In this document: positions 14,455 to 29,070 of the stretch, piece by piece
Layout of the letters: every line of letters starts with the position of its first letter
Position numbering within the stretch: the first letter of the stretch is position 1
DNA from: Octopus sinensis
Lineage: Eukaryota
DNA length: 64,000 bases
NCBI RefSeq assembly: GCF_006345805.1
Contig: NC_043010.1
Span: 24,366,001-24,430,000 of the forward strand
Reading direction: 5' to 3'
Translations under genes and position numbers: made by a program
Notes under the pieces: model-generated
Seen by the model: only the letters and a program-made list of their open reading frames with translations
What the model was told of the DNA's origin: nothing
Database searches by the model: none

Positions 14455-14765
14455 ATGCCACATGGTTCCTTTTCGAGCCATGCCTGGCTCATAAGGATCG
14501 GTTTCCCAGTTTCCTTGGCGTATAGGTCTCCCCGCTCTGGACGGGACGCCGGTTCATCGAAGGTGAGCTGCAAGATGCAGGAGGAAAGAGTGAGAAAATA
14601 TTGTGGCGAAAGAGTCAGCAGAAGTTCGCTATTACCTTCTGTCGGAGCTGCGTAGAGCTTAGGTGTTTAGCTCATAAACACACACATCGTCCGGTCTGAG
14701 ATTCGAACCCGCGATCTCTCGACCACGAGTCCGCTGCTCTAACCACTAGGCCATGTGCCTCCACA
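14455..14765 (-). mobile_element. tRNA-derived SINE family C
   Basis: Head GGCACATGGCCTAGTGGTTAGAGCAGCGGACTC..GGTTCGAATC; matches 63574-63884. Confidence 0.8.
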
Positions 14766-15174
14766 ATGCCACATGGTGGATGTGAACTATTTCGGCACAT
14801 AAACGTATTGAGTCGATGGGGAATATCACAAGATCCTGAGCGGATGAACAGGCAACGAACTGTCAACGGCCAAGATTAAACAGTTCAGTAAGTGAAATTT
14901 TACTATCATCTGTAGATGTGGTGTACGTAGATGAGATATTTCAGCAAGCGAAAGACCAATATAACTAAAACTCAAACCAGACGCTCATGCCACATCGCTC
15001 GATCAGAAAGTCTGGCGTGGAAGATTTACATTGATCCGACTTGGAGATTGGCTGGAAAGTGTTTCAAACTCTCTCCGCAGTCTTATCCATTTCTCTACAA
15101 TTAATTTTTTTTCTCGAAATGTAACTAACTATCTATCTGTCTATCTATTTATCAATCTGTCTATCTGTCGTCTG

Positions 15175-15224
<50 letters not shown>

Positions 15225-15329
15225 CGTCTACCTATTTATCTATCTAACTGTCTGTCTACCTATCTATCTATCTATGTCTCTAGTTATCTGACTATCAAAC
15301 TTTTTATCAATAAATCTAGCTATCAGCTT

Positions 15330-15371
15330 ATTCTTTCATTCCAAAATCTCTCTTTTTCTTTCTCGCTCTCC

Positions 15372-15405
<34 letters not shown>

Positions 15406-15940
15406 TTTTTTCTTTCTCAGACACCTTTTAACAAAATTTCTGAAAAGCAGCACTTCCTCTCTACCCTCACTTGCCTTTTCAAGTGAAACTTGAAAGGGTT
15501 GATGAGGTCTTGGCCAAAGAGGAAAGTGTCTGTCTTCAACACATTCAACCTGGTCCACCTCACAACGTCTTTCGCTAAGGTCACCAGATAAAGAAACACT
15601 GCCTGCCTTTCTCGACCAAAGCAAAGCAGCGTGGCAATTTTCACGATGGACTCAGCTAATAGCCGGAGCTATCCTACAGGCAACAGGAGGCGTTCGACAT
15701 AAACCCACAAGTGCTAGACCAGAGCGTGAATAATAGTTTTGCGCGAATCTCTAGCAAGCTCGGTTGGCGGCACTTCCATGAGTTTATCCCAAACCGGTAA
15801 TTCCGCCCCCGTCCTACTGACAGGCCAGGGATTTCTACAGGTTATCCATTGGCCCCGGCCCAAAAGTCCTCCAGAACAGACCAACCTACTCATTTTCATC
15901 GACGCCCAGTGTCTCCCCAAGAAGTTCCTCTCACTTGCTC
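15330..15940 (-). mobile_element. Tx1/L1-like LINE 3' fragment
   Basis: VRWTRLNVL..GQDLINPFKFHLKRQVRVER aligns by eye to the C-terminus of the 39.7-44.2 kb element (VWWTRAKG..GQSLINFFKYHLKRKVRMER). Confidence 0.7.
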
Positions 15941-16391
15941 ACTACTAATCCTCTGCAGAACACCTGAGTGGAACTTTTACCGACAACATTGCGAACGTGT
16001 GTGATATTATTACATATACCATGTGTTCGCTAATTGTTTCAGATGAACCTAGTTACGAGCAGATACAAACCTCTCTAAAACTACTCTTCCTTCTCCTCTT
16101 TGGCACAAAATTACATAAAGGATGTGACTGCAAGGAGGAGAGAGTTTCACTAGCAGTCGATCGAGTGGTACTCTTTTTCAGTTGACTATGCCCGGAGCTA
16201 CGTGAAACGAAGTACCTTGCTCAAGAATGCAATGAACCTCACGGTTCAGGAACGGAAAACACATTATGATCGTGGGCTGACCACATTGATCTCTAAGTCA
16301 GTGTTTATTTAATTAGATACTCTTCTTTCTGTGTATGCATCTGTCTTTCTCTCTTCTCTCTCTCTCTCTCTCTCCATATCTATCTATATAC

Positions 16392-16505
<114 letters not shown>

Positions 16506-17569
16506 GTCTGTGTGTCTCGCTGTCTGTCTGTGTGTATGTATGTATGCATGTATGTCTATTTGTCTATCAAACAAAATCATTTACTAAAATGCTGTCCTAA
16601 ATAGTTTAAATTTCTCTCTCCAAAGACGAGACCTTGCTGCAAACGTTTGAAGGCATGTTGCCTACGTCATACAAACTTATTCAAATTTGTAAATTTTATT
16701 ACTTAAACAGCCAATTTGTTAAAGTTTTGCCGCTAATTTAATCGACTCCTTACAACTTTCTTTTAACCTAAAATCTCAGGTTTCTTCTTGATTATATAAT
16801 TAAAACTCGTACGGTTTCACTTCCGCTTTTACCTCTAATAACATGATTCTATTTTCATGTCATATTCACTGATTCCGTTCTGAATTTCATTTGGTTCCAC
16901 TTTGAGCTTTTTCTCCCTCATTATTCATTGAAATACTTTTAACCTCGACTTGGCTTTATAATTTTCCTGTTACTTTCTCTCCTAATGTAACGATTCCTTT
17001 CATCGTGTGTTCCCTTACCTTTTAAAATTGAAATTGTAAATTTAAAATTGTAAATTTTCTTGCACGTCAATTCAGCTATTCTCGTATTTTTTTCCTTCTC
17101 ATCAATACACTGCGCTATGAAATTTTAAAATACTGCTTTTCTTTTTTTTTTTACCTGGGGGAGCGAGGTCTCTATATACGTGCGCGTGATTGGAATCCAA
17201 TTAGCAAATCAATAATATTGATTTCTCTCATAGTCAATATTATTAGTTTTCGTCTTCTTTCTTTCTTGTGAAATATACAATCGATTTTATCGATTCCAGT
17301 ACCTGATTAGAATTTTGTTATTTTATAGATTACCAGAGTGGCGGATTAAATGAATCACCAAAGCATCGAGCATACCACTTTGTAGCGTTTATACCAGTTC
17401 TTTACCTTCTGAGTTCAAATCCGGCCCAGGTCAGTGAATTGCTTTTCATCTTCTCCAGTATTTTATTTAGACTACTGAGCAAACTGATGGACGTGTCCCA
17501 AATATACGACTGCTTCTTCCCGAAAACTTGTGACCATGTACCTATCCGAAAAATTTCTATTTTACACAT

Positions 17570-17945
17570 AAGAGCAGACTTGGCTGTGTGGAAAGAAGTT
17601 TGACCCTCAATGACATGGTTCCAGGTTCAGTCCCGCTGTGTGGCACCGAGGGCAAGTGTCTTCTATTTTAGCCTCAAGCAGTCCAAAGCCTTGTGAGTAG
17701 ATTTAATAGACGGAAACTGTAAGAAGCCTATTGTATATTATGTGTATGTGTGTGTATGTGTGCGCGCATGGATGTGTGTGTGTTTGTCCCCCAACATGGC
17801 TTGACAACTGGTGATGATGTCCCCATAACTTAGCGGTTAGGCAAAAGAAACCGATAGAAAAAGTACTAGGCTTAAAACAAAATAAGTACTAGGGTCGATT
17901 CATTCGATTGAAAGTTCTTCATTTCAGTGCCCCAGCATGGAACAA
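17570..17945 (+). mobile_element. Degenerate SINE family A
   Basis: Collinear with 5185-5578. Confidence 0.7.
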
Positions 17946-18446
17946 ATAAAAAAAGAAAGAAAACCAGATCTCGAAATTATGAAGACAAAGTTGACTTCCG
18001 ATGGATTTGGACTCACAGCAAGCAGCTATGTAACTAATTATCCAATTCGTTTTATCCGTCACTCTACAGTGTCATCCAAAATTCTTTGATTCTCATTTAG
18101 CTACAAGGCCAGCAATTTTCAGAGAAAGACAGAGTAATCGATGCCACTAATCCAATGTTTGACTTGTACTTTATTTTTATCGATCACGAAAGGCTGAAAG
18201 CAAAGTCGAACTCGGCAGGTTTTGTACTCAGAATGATAAATCCTATTCTGCCTATATTATTTTAATAGCATGTGTATTTGCGTGCTTGTATAGGTTCATT
18301 TTCGATTTCGCAAAATAATCTTTCACCGGTTATCTGGAAGAAGCAGTTGTTTATTTGGGACACGCCCATCAGTTTGCTCAGTAGTTTAAATAAATTCTCC
18401 TTAGTGGTGCTGAAGAGATGGTAGTCTGAAGACCCTAAATCTGCCG

Positions 18447-18680
18447 AGTGTGAAAGTAGTGAAGAAGCGTCTCAAAGAACAGTCAACAGAATTTTACGGG
18501 GCAGGGAAACATGCTCTCATTCGAAGGTGGAACATTGCTATTGAGAGAAACGGTGACTATGTTGAGAAGTAGGGGTGTGATCCACAGAGGACCAGCTTCA
18601 TTTTGGTGAATGATACATGTTACTGTGTCTGTAATTACACCTGTCCTAAACAAAATGGCATTATTTTTTACTCACTCTCG
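18447..18680 (+). mobile_element. Mariner 3' fragment with TIR
   Basis: VVKKRLKEQSTEFYGAGKHALIRRWNIAIERNGDYVEK*; ends ACTCACTCTCG followed by TA. Confidence 0.8.
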
Positions 18681-18693
18681 TATATATATATCA

Positions 18694-19281
18694 GGATAAG
18701 ATCGTTATTTTAAATAGCGATCAAATCTAATGGCAGTATGGGAAGAAAAACCTTATACGCTATAATAATTATTAAAATTATAAATAAGGGTATTTAATAG
18801 ATACCACCATGCTTGAAATAGAAGTCAAAACCTGATTCTAAAACCACATCAAGTACTGAATACAGCAGTTGAAAAGACAAAATACGAATAAACTAGTAAA
18901 AATTGGATAATTCCAGACCCCGGGTTTCTGACTTTCTATAAAAATATACTCTCCTGTTGTCAATGAAATATACCGTGAATTATACATAAATACACTTATA
19001 TACGTAAACATACCAATACACGCGTATACGCACGAGTATATATATATATATAATATATACAAGTCCAGTTGTCCATTCAGAAATTATGTGCTATATTGCC
19101 AAAATACCACTGCAGTGAATATAATGACGAAGTGAATATATATAAAATATCTATATAAATATGGATAAGATCGTTATTTCAAATAACGATCAAATCTCGT
19201 GTCAGCATGGGAAGAGAAGAACCCTAAAGGTTATAATAATGATTAAAATTATAAATAAGGGTATAGAAGAGATACCACCAT
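18694..19281. repeat. Diverged ~118-bp direct repeat, period ~469 bp
   Basis: 18694-18810 vs 19163-19281; each copy opens with the hairpin GATCGTTATTT-N-AAATAACGATC. Confidence 0.7.
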
Positions 19282-19309
19282 CGGGTGGCTTGTAAACTAG
19301 TATATAAGC

Positions 19310-20245
19310 TTTTAGTCTTCATAAATGACTTGCCCGACGACCTCACGCAACACACCCTTCTATTTGCCGATGATGTCAAACTGGTCGCTCCTCGCGGTGA
19401 TATAGATGATCTTCGTCGATGCCTCCACCAAGTTTGGAGGTGGTCAAACGAATGGGACCTGTGTCTAAACGTGTCAAAGTGCTGTCATCTGCCTGTTGGC
19501 TCTTCTCCTGCAACTCAACTTGATTTCGAGCCGGGTCGTCTGCTGCTGGAGAAGACCGACCAGGTAAAGGACCTGGGTATCTTGGTGGATTCTTCCTGTT
19601 CGCCTTCGGCCCAGTACGTCCATGCTGCCAACAAAGCACGCAGAGTTTTGTTTTTGATTCGACGGTCATTCGGAATGCTCACAGCAGCCATATTCCTACC
19701 GCTCTATGTCACGCTGGTTTGCCCCATATTGGAGTACGGGATTCAAGCCTCTTCTCCTTATCTCCTCAAAGACATACATCACCTCGAAAGCGTCCAGAAG
19801 CTGGCTACCCGCATGGTTCTTGGTCTCAAGCATTTGTCTTATGAAGAAAGGCTGAAGACGCTCGATCTTTATTCTCTAGAAAAACGACGACGCCGTGGTG
19901 ATCTCATTCTCGCTCACAACATCATAAGCGGAAAGTGTAACCTCTCGAAAGAGCTGTTCTTCACTCCTGCTCCAGAGCGTCGGCTGTGGGGTCACTCCGA
20001 AAAGCTCTATCTGCGACGATTTCATCTCAATCGAAGGAGAGGGGCTTTCTCCGTCCGGGTTGCGGATCCGTGGAATAAGCTGCCGGACGAGATAGTGAAG
20101 ATGCCGACGACCGCTCGGTTCAAAGTCTCTCTTGACCAGAAATGGCCTGAACTCTTTGCATGAACACCCTCCCTGTACATAACTCCATGTCCCCCTACAT
20201 GGCCTTCCTTTTTGCTTTTTGAGCCAAAAAATTAACTTAACTTAA
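19310..20245 (+). mobile_element. CR1-type LINE, 5'-truncated (RT C-terminal half)
   Basis: FINDLP..LFADDVKL, DLGILVD, PILEYG, ESVQK.ATR, LSYEERL..L.LYSLEKRR.RGDL, FSVRV..PWNKLP; (TTAAC)n tail. The frame is open to 20163. Confidence 0.92.
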
Positions 20246-20697
20246 GCAACTGACCCCGAATGGGAAGATCTGCAAGCAGATCTTTGACTGGTTTTGGAGA
20301 ATTTGTTGCAATTGCTTCCTCCAGAGTCATATCCCAATCATGATCATATTTGTCGCAAAAAATCATATAAAAAAAAATCGCCAAAATCAATCGCAATAAT
20401 GAAAGCATAGGTATACAAAATTTCAGGATTGCAGGTCTGGATTCGGCCCAGAATGTTTTTTATTTAATCACAGTGTTAGCCCTTGGATTATAAAAATTGT
20501 TATCGTACAAAAAAATTTGTCGCAAAAAGTCCCGTAAAATTGCCGAAAACAATCGGAGTAATGAAAACTTGGGAATCCAAAATTTCAGGATTGTGGGTCC
20601 AAAATGGTATAATATATTGGGCTGTGGCCGCTAGGAGTAAAGTTGACACACTGGCATTCACATTTATTATACAACATTATATTACTATATTATATTA

Positions 20698-20880
20698 AGG
20701 CGGCGAGCTGGCAGAATCGTTAGCGGTATTTCGTCCACCGTTAGGTTTAGAGTTCGAATTCCCCCAAGGTCGACTTTGCTTTTCATCTTTTCGGGGTCGA
20801 TAAAATTAGTACTAATTACCTACTGGGTCAATCGACTTAATCCCCTCCACCAAATCTGTGAACCTGTACTTCCAGTACAA
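20698..20880 (+). mobile_element. SINE family B
   Basis: GGCGGCGAGCTGGCAGAATCGTTAGC head. Confidence 0.75.
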
Positions 20881-20988
20881 AGGATTTATCAAAGTTGAAA
20901 AAGTGTGACACACTGACATTCACCTTTATTATATTAGATATGTTTAATTTTGGAGAAACTTTATTTCAGTTAAAGTGTATTTTATATG

Positions 20989-21033
<45 letters not shown>

Positions 21034-21299
21034 ATGTGTGTGTATGTATTAAAGAAAGCAAAAAATAAAACAAAAATGTTAGTGTTCAATATGTAGGTTC
21101 TGCATTCAGTATGTAGGCCACAGGAATTTCAAAGACACATGGTTAACTAAAGTTTCCAGGTTGATAATTTGTTGCAGAACCACCATTGGAAGTGACAGCA
21201 TCATAGAATGTGTCTTTGAAAAGTTATTCCAGTCGAGCCGAGGTTATCTTAGACCTCTCTAAGATATTCTTAATATTTTAAGATAACAAACCGGAGAGA

Positions 21300-21480
21300 A
21301 GGCGGAAAAAAATGCTTAGCTGCATTTCATCCGTCTTTACGTTCTCAGTGCAAAATCTACCGAGATCAACTCTAGCTTTTATTCTTTTTGGGGGTCGATG
21401 AAATAAGGACCAGTTGAGCACTGGGGTCGATGTAATTAAGTTGCACCGTCTCGCAAAATTTCTGGCCTTTTACCTGTTGT
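21300..21480 (+). mobile_element. Degenerate SINE family B
   Basis: GTCTTTACGTTCT..GGGGTCGATG segments. Confidence 0.6.
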
Positions 21481-22564
21481 AGAACGGAAGCCAACGAAAG
21501 TATATAAAATTTGAAGGTGTACATTTTATGACAGCGGTATATCTTTCAAAATGAGATACTTAGTCATGGCTATAGAAAAAAATCCACTGAATAGACTAAA
21601 TACCCTATGCAATGTTGTGACTGTATACGAACTGATAACACATTGGTAGCTTGTTATAAGATCGTTCTACCGCATCAGCTATTTATGTAACTTTCTTCCC
21701 CGACTCACACTCTATTAACTGCAGAATGCCCCAACTTTCACTTCCATGACCTTCCTCTTATACAAAAGCATTCCAGAACTCAGCGAACTTAAAAGCTCCG
21801 TTGTGAGGTATTTCTGTTTTATTAAACCTTAGATGTAGTATGTATAGCCTTTATTTCGTGATAAGCCTTTATTTCGCTGCTTTCATATTGCTCATAATTC
21901 GATTGATCTCTGTGGCAAACTGTGTGACATAAAATAACGTGATCGAACGTGACAGCGCACTAACCAAATAAAATTCAGTTTTTGATCAGATTATCACCGC
22001 AAATAAGAAGTTTAGGATAAGAATATATCTCAGGGTGCATCGGGAGTCAATTAAACAGATTTCCGGTGATATACAGTATTTCAACAAATATTAGGATGGT
22101 ACCCGCTTCGTAATCAAGCTACGATTACGGAAAGCGATTGAATGCATGCTTTTTACATATATCAGATCCGAACATACGTGCATACAAACATATGTGTGTG
22201 TAGACATTGCTACATATATATAGACACACAAATATGCATAAATATATGTGTGATCCATGTACGTATGTACAACTACATACACACAAAGAAGCGCGCACAC
22301 ATATATACGTTCTAGCCCAATGATGTGTTTTCAGACATATTATCTATGAGCGACATTCTCTCCTGTGACGATTTTCGCCGCAAAAGGTCTTTCCACATCC
22401 GAGTGTACACGAACATATTAAATATCATTGTACAAATCAATAATTTCCTGCAATATTCATTCGTGCCACTCCAATATTCCACCTGTCCCTCTATCTATCT
22501 ATCTATTTATCAATTAGTCTGTCTGTTTATCTACCTATCTATCTCTATACACACACACACACAC

Positions 22565-22629
<65 letters not shown>

Positions 22630-22656
22630 CAATTTTTACAGCATACACATGCACTC

Positions 22657-22694
<38 letters not shown>

Positions 22695-23320
22695 ATACGT
22701 GTGTGCGTGTATATATATATGTGTGTGTGTGTGTGTTTGTGCGTGTGTGTGTGTATGTGTGTGTGTGCTTGTGTATGTGTCTATAGATGTGTGAATATTT
22801 GTGCGCGGTTGGAGGATCGTGGGTGGATGTTTGGCGAAGTGGTAAGTGCATGCGCATATGTGCATGCAAATAAATATTACAACCTGCACTTGGAAGCACC
22901 GATTCCAGCATTCACCTAAGAACACGTCTCCATAGCATAGGAAGGGCTAGGATTATCGCTTAACGAAACGAATATTTCTCGTGTACAGACTACTGCACTT
23001 ATAAGCTTAGCTTATGGAGATACGAGATTGATTATTTTATCTCCTTAGCTAGAGAGCGTTTACAGAGACGTTACGCGGCTTTTGTTGAAGCAATCCCGAA
23101 AAAATCTTTGCCATCCGTTTAATATGTTTGGATAAAAAGCAGTTATATGAATATTACTTATACATACACACTTACAATTCATATTGTTAGTTTTACGTGC
23201 AAAAGTCATGAGCGTGTAAGCATGCTTTAAAGGCGAACGTGCAGTGAATAATTTTGAAGTGATTAATACGATTAAATATATATAAATATATGTATATGTA
23301 AATATATATATATATGCATA

Positions 23321-23444
<124 letters not shown>

Positions 23445-23455
23445 TATATATATTA

Positions 23456-23512
<57 letters not shown>

Positions 23513-23625
23513 GCTGTATGTGTATGTGTAGGCGTGTGGAGGGTTGGTATTAGTCAGGGGATTCTTAATCGATGCAAGAGATTCACGATGTTCAAGAATG
23601 ATGTATACGTATAAATACATACATG

Positions 23626-23661
<36 letters not shown>

Positions 23662-23832
23662 CACATATACATAATATAAATCTGTGTGTTTGTGTATATA
23701 TGTTTATATGAATATATAATGTTTGTGTTTGTGTATATGTGTTTATATGAACATATATGTATGTATTTGTGTATATGAATATAAATGTGTGTGTGTGTAT
23801 GTGTGTGTACATGACCGTTGTATATATATATA

Positions 23833-23877
<45 letters not shown>

Positions 23878-24216
23878 TGCGGATGTTTCTATGTATGTAT
23901 ATAAAATACGTATGTCTCAATAAATGGAGACGTTTGCTCCGAATGCTGGGAGCATGTATTTCGGCGTGCGTATGTATGTAAGGGTGTACATACACATACC
24001 TCGTGTAATGCTTTCTTTTTAAGATATACAAGTATATTTTGGGGACTGTAGCTATCTGTCTATCCATGCATTCATTCATCCATCGCCGTGTATATGTATA
24101 TATGCATCTATACATACTACACTCTTATACACACATATACATAAATGCATATATGTATATTAGTTCGAATATATATTATACATACACAAATATATATATA
24201 TCATGTATGTGTGTAT

Positions 24217-24532
24217 GAAGGCGCGTGCCTTAGTGGTTAGGGCACTCGACTCACGATCGTAAGGTTGTGAGTTCGATCTCCGGCGACGCGTTATATTCTT
24301 GAGCAAGACACTTCATTTCACGTTTCTCCAGTCCACTCAGCTGGCAAAAATGAGTAGTACTGTATTTCAGATTTCAAAGGGTCAGCCTTGTCACACTTTC
24401 TGTCACGCTTAACCCCACCCCACTTACGTTAGGGGCCTATAGATTGCTCAGCCTGTGGAATGCTCGAGCCACTTGCACGTTAATTTCACGAACAAGCTGT
24501 TCTGTTGATCGTATCGGCTGGGACCCTCGTCC
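24217..24532 (+). mobile_element. tRNA-derived SINE (family D)
   Basis: GAAGGCGCGTGCCTTAGTGGTTAGG..GAGTTCGATC head; a related inverted copy lies at 52300-52494. Confidence 0.7.
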
Positions 24533-24692
24533 CAGCCTTATGTGTATATAGGCACCTTATGTGTATATATGCTTATACACATACACTCTTACACACATAT
24601 ATACATACATCCATATATGTATATTTGTTCCTATATTCTTACTATATATAAAAGTATATATTTTGTATATACATGTGTGTATGTGTGTGTGT

Positions 24693-24731
<39 letters not shown>

Positions 24732-25048
24732 TGTGTATTCGTGTATATATATATATATATATTCATAAATGCATACACACCACATATATATATATATATG
24801 TATTTATATAAAACATACGAGCCGAAGGTCACCATTACCATTATTTCTTCCAGATAATGAGATGAAGAAGGTCTTGTAAGGTTAATGGATATAGGAAAAA
24901 CTATTGTCGGATGCTAAATAGAGAGAACTACTAAAGAGATACAAATTTTATTTTTAATAAAATGGATTAAATTTTAATACAGTCTTGTCGTTTATATGAA
25001 ACACCCGCATAGTAATATTTGTATACTAGCGTCTATCAATCTTTTCTC

Positions 25049-25085
<37 letters not shown>

Positions 25086-25106
25086 CATATATATATGTAG
25101 ATATGG

Positions 25107-25179
<73 letters not shown>

Positions 25180-25184
<5 letters not shown>

Positions 25185-25790
25185 GTAAAAAGTGAAAAAA
25201 CTACAGAAGGCTGTTTTAAAATGTTAAAAAATATATTTGAGTCATTATTTCAGAAGAATGTTATAAAATTTTTTCATACAGTGACATAGTTTTTGAAGAA
25301 ATTACCGGTTTCGTGTTAACTTTTCAAATTTCTAAAAACATCGTGTTATGACTTCGTTATGAAGTGTAAAGGGGAGTTCCAGGTAAGGGGAGGTAATAAG
25401 TGATTTCTTCCGGTGTAAGGGAGATAATCGCTTTATATTTCTTGCCTCTGTTACTTAATGGGGTGAGTTTCTCTGTATAAGAATGTTAGAGTGGTTAAGT
25501 TTGGGCTTATATTTTTCAATGAAGAATGTTTCCTTGTTTGTCTAATTGTGTGGTGTTCCAATAGCACATTGATAAAATGGAAAGATTAAAATTGTGGTAG
25601 TAGTTGCTTTGCGCATTTCTCAATATGCTCACTAAAGGGTATCATTCTGTATTCTGGGAATGCAATCTGTTGTCCATGCAGTGTGCATCTACGTCTGAGT
25701 GATAGTCCCGTGGACCCCACGTAGTTTTGGTGGCACCCCGAGCATCTTATGACATAAATTATGTCAACTGACTAATTTGTCACATATTAT
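25180..25790 (-). mobile_element. Penelope-like element 3' remnant (GIY-YIG plus 3' UTR)
   Basis: IIYVIRCSGCHQNYVGSTGLSLRRRCTLH..IPFSEHIEKC..(frameshift)IFPFYQC..FFIEKYKPKLN. Not in the ORF track. Confidence 0.85.
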
Positions 25791-25854
25791 GTTATAGATA
25801 AATTCTTCTATTTACATAATATTGAGGTCTCTTTCATTCTTCTGTTGTCATATA

Positions 25855-25887
<33 letters not shown>

Positions 25888-25913
25888 ATATATATATACG
25901 TTTATATGTATAA

Positions 25914-25982
<69 letters not shown>

Positions 25983-26479
25983 CATAAATGCGAAAACTAA
26001 TTTGTGTGTGTCAGTTGTCACACTTTAAACCCATCTCTCACTATCCAATGACGCTTCTACTATTCCACCTGCTGGGGTGAGAGTAAGAGTAGGCGTAGAA
26101 ACGGTGAGGGTAGTGGCGAAACAGAGAGAAAGAGCGAGAAAAAAAAAGAGAGGGAGATAAAGATAGTCAAAAATGGCAGCGGGAATAATAATAAGAGAAA
26201 GAGAAAGACTGGATCTGTAAGAGAAAGATATATATGCCTTTGCCAGACAGAAGAATTACACCACCTACATTTGAGGGTGCTTTCGCAATCTCTGTTCATG
26301 GATTTTATGCAAATTTTACGTGTAAAGTCGTCGTTCATTTAAGAGGGAATAAAGAGTGGTATTTTCTGTGTGGATGAGCTTTCGTGCACGAGCTGGTAAG
26401 TGAGTCATTGAGGTATAATAGGAAATTCGGATGATGAACCCGAGTCAAAGACTGAGCTTCAACAGCCTATGCTGTAATA

Positions 26480-27100
26480 ATCCTTTGTGTTATAAGGCCT
26501 GAAATTTTGGGGCTGCATTGGGACCCAGTGTTCATCGACACCGAAAAGCAAATTCGACCCCGGCAGAATTTGAACTCAAAATGTAAAGGCGAACGAAATG
26601 GCACTAAGCATTTTGCCCAGCGTTCTAACGATTCTGCCAACTTCCAGCTCACCGCATATGTCATAATTATGGTTTCAAATTTTTCCACAAGGGCACCAAT
26701 TTGGGGGGAAGGGATGAGTCGACTACATCAACTACGGTGTTCAACTGGTACTTATTTCATCTACCCCGAAAAGATCAAAAGCAAAGTGGACCTCAGTGGA
26801 ATTTGAACCCAGAATGCAAAGACGTAGGCTTTACGACCGGCGTGCTAGCGATTCTGCCAACTCGCCGCATTGATAATAGTAATAATAATGGTTTCAAATT
26901 TTGACACATGAGCAGCAATTTGGGCAAGGAGGTGAATCGATTACATCAATCCCAGTGTTCAACTGGTACTTATTTTATCGACCCCGAAAGGATGAAAGGC
27001 AAATTCGACCTCGGTGGGATTTGAACTCAAAACGTAAAGACGGACGAAATACCGCTAAGCATTTAGCTCGGTGTGCTTACTATTCTGCCAACTCGCTACC
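26480..27100 (-). mobile_element. Three head-to-tail SINE family B copies
   Basis: Repeated CCCAGTGTTCAACTGGTAC..CGACCCCG..GAATTTGAAC blocks. Confidence 0.75.
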
Positions 27101-27470
27101 TTCGTTTGTCATAATAATACAATTTAATTTAAGGCTGAAAACAGAAGACAGAAACAGGCGGACAGATTTGACAGAACATTTATATACCAGACACAAACAA
27201 ACTTTCCGCTCATGTTGAGGTTAACGACACGTTCAGTGCTAAAGTACGCATGTGAGTGTCATAGGAGAGTAGGTCGACAGTGTTGGTAATTGTTAGCAGT
27301 TAAGAGAGGGGGGAAAAAGACAGGCAAACAGACAGAGACAGAGAGGGACAGATCCAGACAAAGACAGCGAAGGAGATGATCAACGTGCTGGACGACGACG
27401 CTTTTGACAGCCGTCTCTTTTATCGTTGAGATATTGTCTGAAGGTCCAAATAAGTATTAGTAGTAGTAGT

Positions 27471-27536
<66 letters not shown>

Positions 27537-28452
27537 TGTTGTTGTAGCAAAAAGCCGCAGTTGCAGCAGTAGCGTCGTAGTAGCAGAAGTTGTGCTGGCA
27601 GTCGTCTTGTTTACTAGTGTGTATATACAGAAAATATTCTGGAGTTTCACTACGTTGTTTTCCTTTAGGTTTTCTTTTTATTAACACTGTGATAAACACG
27701 TTCTATTTCATGAACATGAGGTCATATAATTTTATTTTTATTTTTATTTTAGTTTGTTTTGCTTTTGTCTCTTGTTTGTTTTGCTAATCTCAATTTCTGT
27801 TTTGAAAGTCACATCAGCGTTGATGTTATTTGACACCGAATCATTTGATGATGTAGCTAAAGCTCCTCACAACCCAACGATTTATCTGTGTGACTATCAG
27901 GTATTTTTTCTCCTTAGACAATTTCAACTAGTCTTTATGTTCGTCATTCCCTTTTCTCACAAAGACATACATGCATACATACACATATACATGTATATTT
28001 ATATATGGAGAGAATTCACGAAAAAAAAAACAAAAGACGAAGACAGGTGGTGTAGAAAACAAACAAGTTTTTAATGTTTCGAACCTACGCTCTTCCACAG
28101 AAAGGAACACAGAAAGAAACAAGGAGAGAAAAAAATGTGTGTAGTGGCTACCGATCTATCATGGCGAATGTATGTATGTATGTATCTATAGATAGGTAGA
28201 TAGAAAGATAGATATACAAATATACATGTATGTATATATGTGCATATATATATATATATACTGTATATATATACATATATATATAATATAATATAATATA
28301 AATATAAGAGAGTGGTCACTATATGGCTCACTCTAGCACCATTAATCCAAAAGGTTTCAAACCACACCACGAAAATACATGTTTCCCATGAAAGTCGTAC
28401 GATTGTTAGCTCACAGCGGACAGGGCAAATAAAAAATAACAAAAATACATTA

Positions 28453-28534
28453 TTTGGGGACAATTGTTTTTTCGCTATTATGAATTAATGTAATTTTATT
28501 CAAAAAAAATCCATTTGTAGCTCGTCAGCCAAAA
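28453..28534 (-). ncRNA. Type I HHR copy with expanded A-run in GAAA
   Basis: Same as 28987-29070 but reads GAAAAAA and has an extra C in stem I. Confidence 0.6.
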
Positions 28535-28986
28535 CTATCAGGATGAAATCCACTCAATCACACACGCCAGATTTTACCATACGATAAATACGCGTGTGGT
28601 TCAATTGATTACATCCGACGTTATAATTCAAATGCCCCAACCAACAGCGCGCCAACTTTCACGGAAAACAAATACAAACAAGCATTTAGAAATAAATGCA
28701 GCATAATTATAATTAATTAATAAGGGTGAGAGAATTAGATACAATTTAATAGTATATCTATTCACACCAAGTGGCCTAGTGCTCAAGAAACCTGGATTAT
28801 TAAATATTTTATAACATATTATAATATTTTTACAAAATAAATATATAGAGTGGTCACTATATGGCTCACTCTAGCACCAGTTAATCCAAAAGTTTCAAAC
28901 CACGAAAATACATGTTCCATAAAGTCGTACGATTGTTTCTCACACCGGACAGGGCAAATAAAAAATAACAAAAGAATAACAGATTA

Positions 28987-29070
28987 TTTTGGGACAATTG
29001 TTTCGCTATAATGAATTAAATGTAATTTTACTTACAAAAAAAAAATCCATTTGTAGCTCGTCAGCCAAAA
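28987..29070 (-). ncRNA. Type I hammerhead ribozyme, canonical core
   Basis: TTTTGG-CTGACGA-GCTA..TAGC-GAAA-CAATTG-TC^CCAAAA: 6-bp stem I, extended stem II, palindromic ACAATTGT stem III, GUC site (cut between 28993 and 28992). Confidence 0.9.

Noticed and set aside
21725-21807. Plus-strand exon-like NAPTFTSMTFLLYKSIPELSELKSSVV resembling the start of a cadherin repeat
   Set aside because: No upstream DxND exon and no downstream AxDxD/LDRE exon was found in the window; it is a single short motif.
27809-27900. Plus-strand exon-like segment TSALMLFDTESFDDVAKAPHNPTIYLCDYQ
   Set aside because: The splice sites are plausible, but there is no phase-consistent partner or recognisable domain. It needs RNA-seq.
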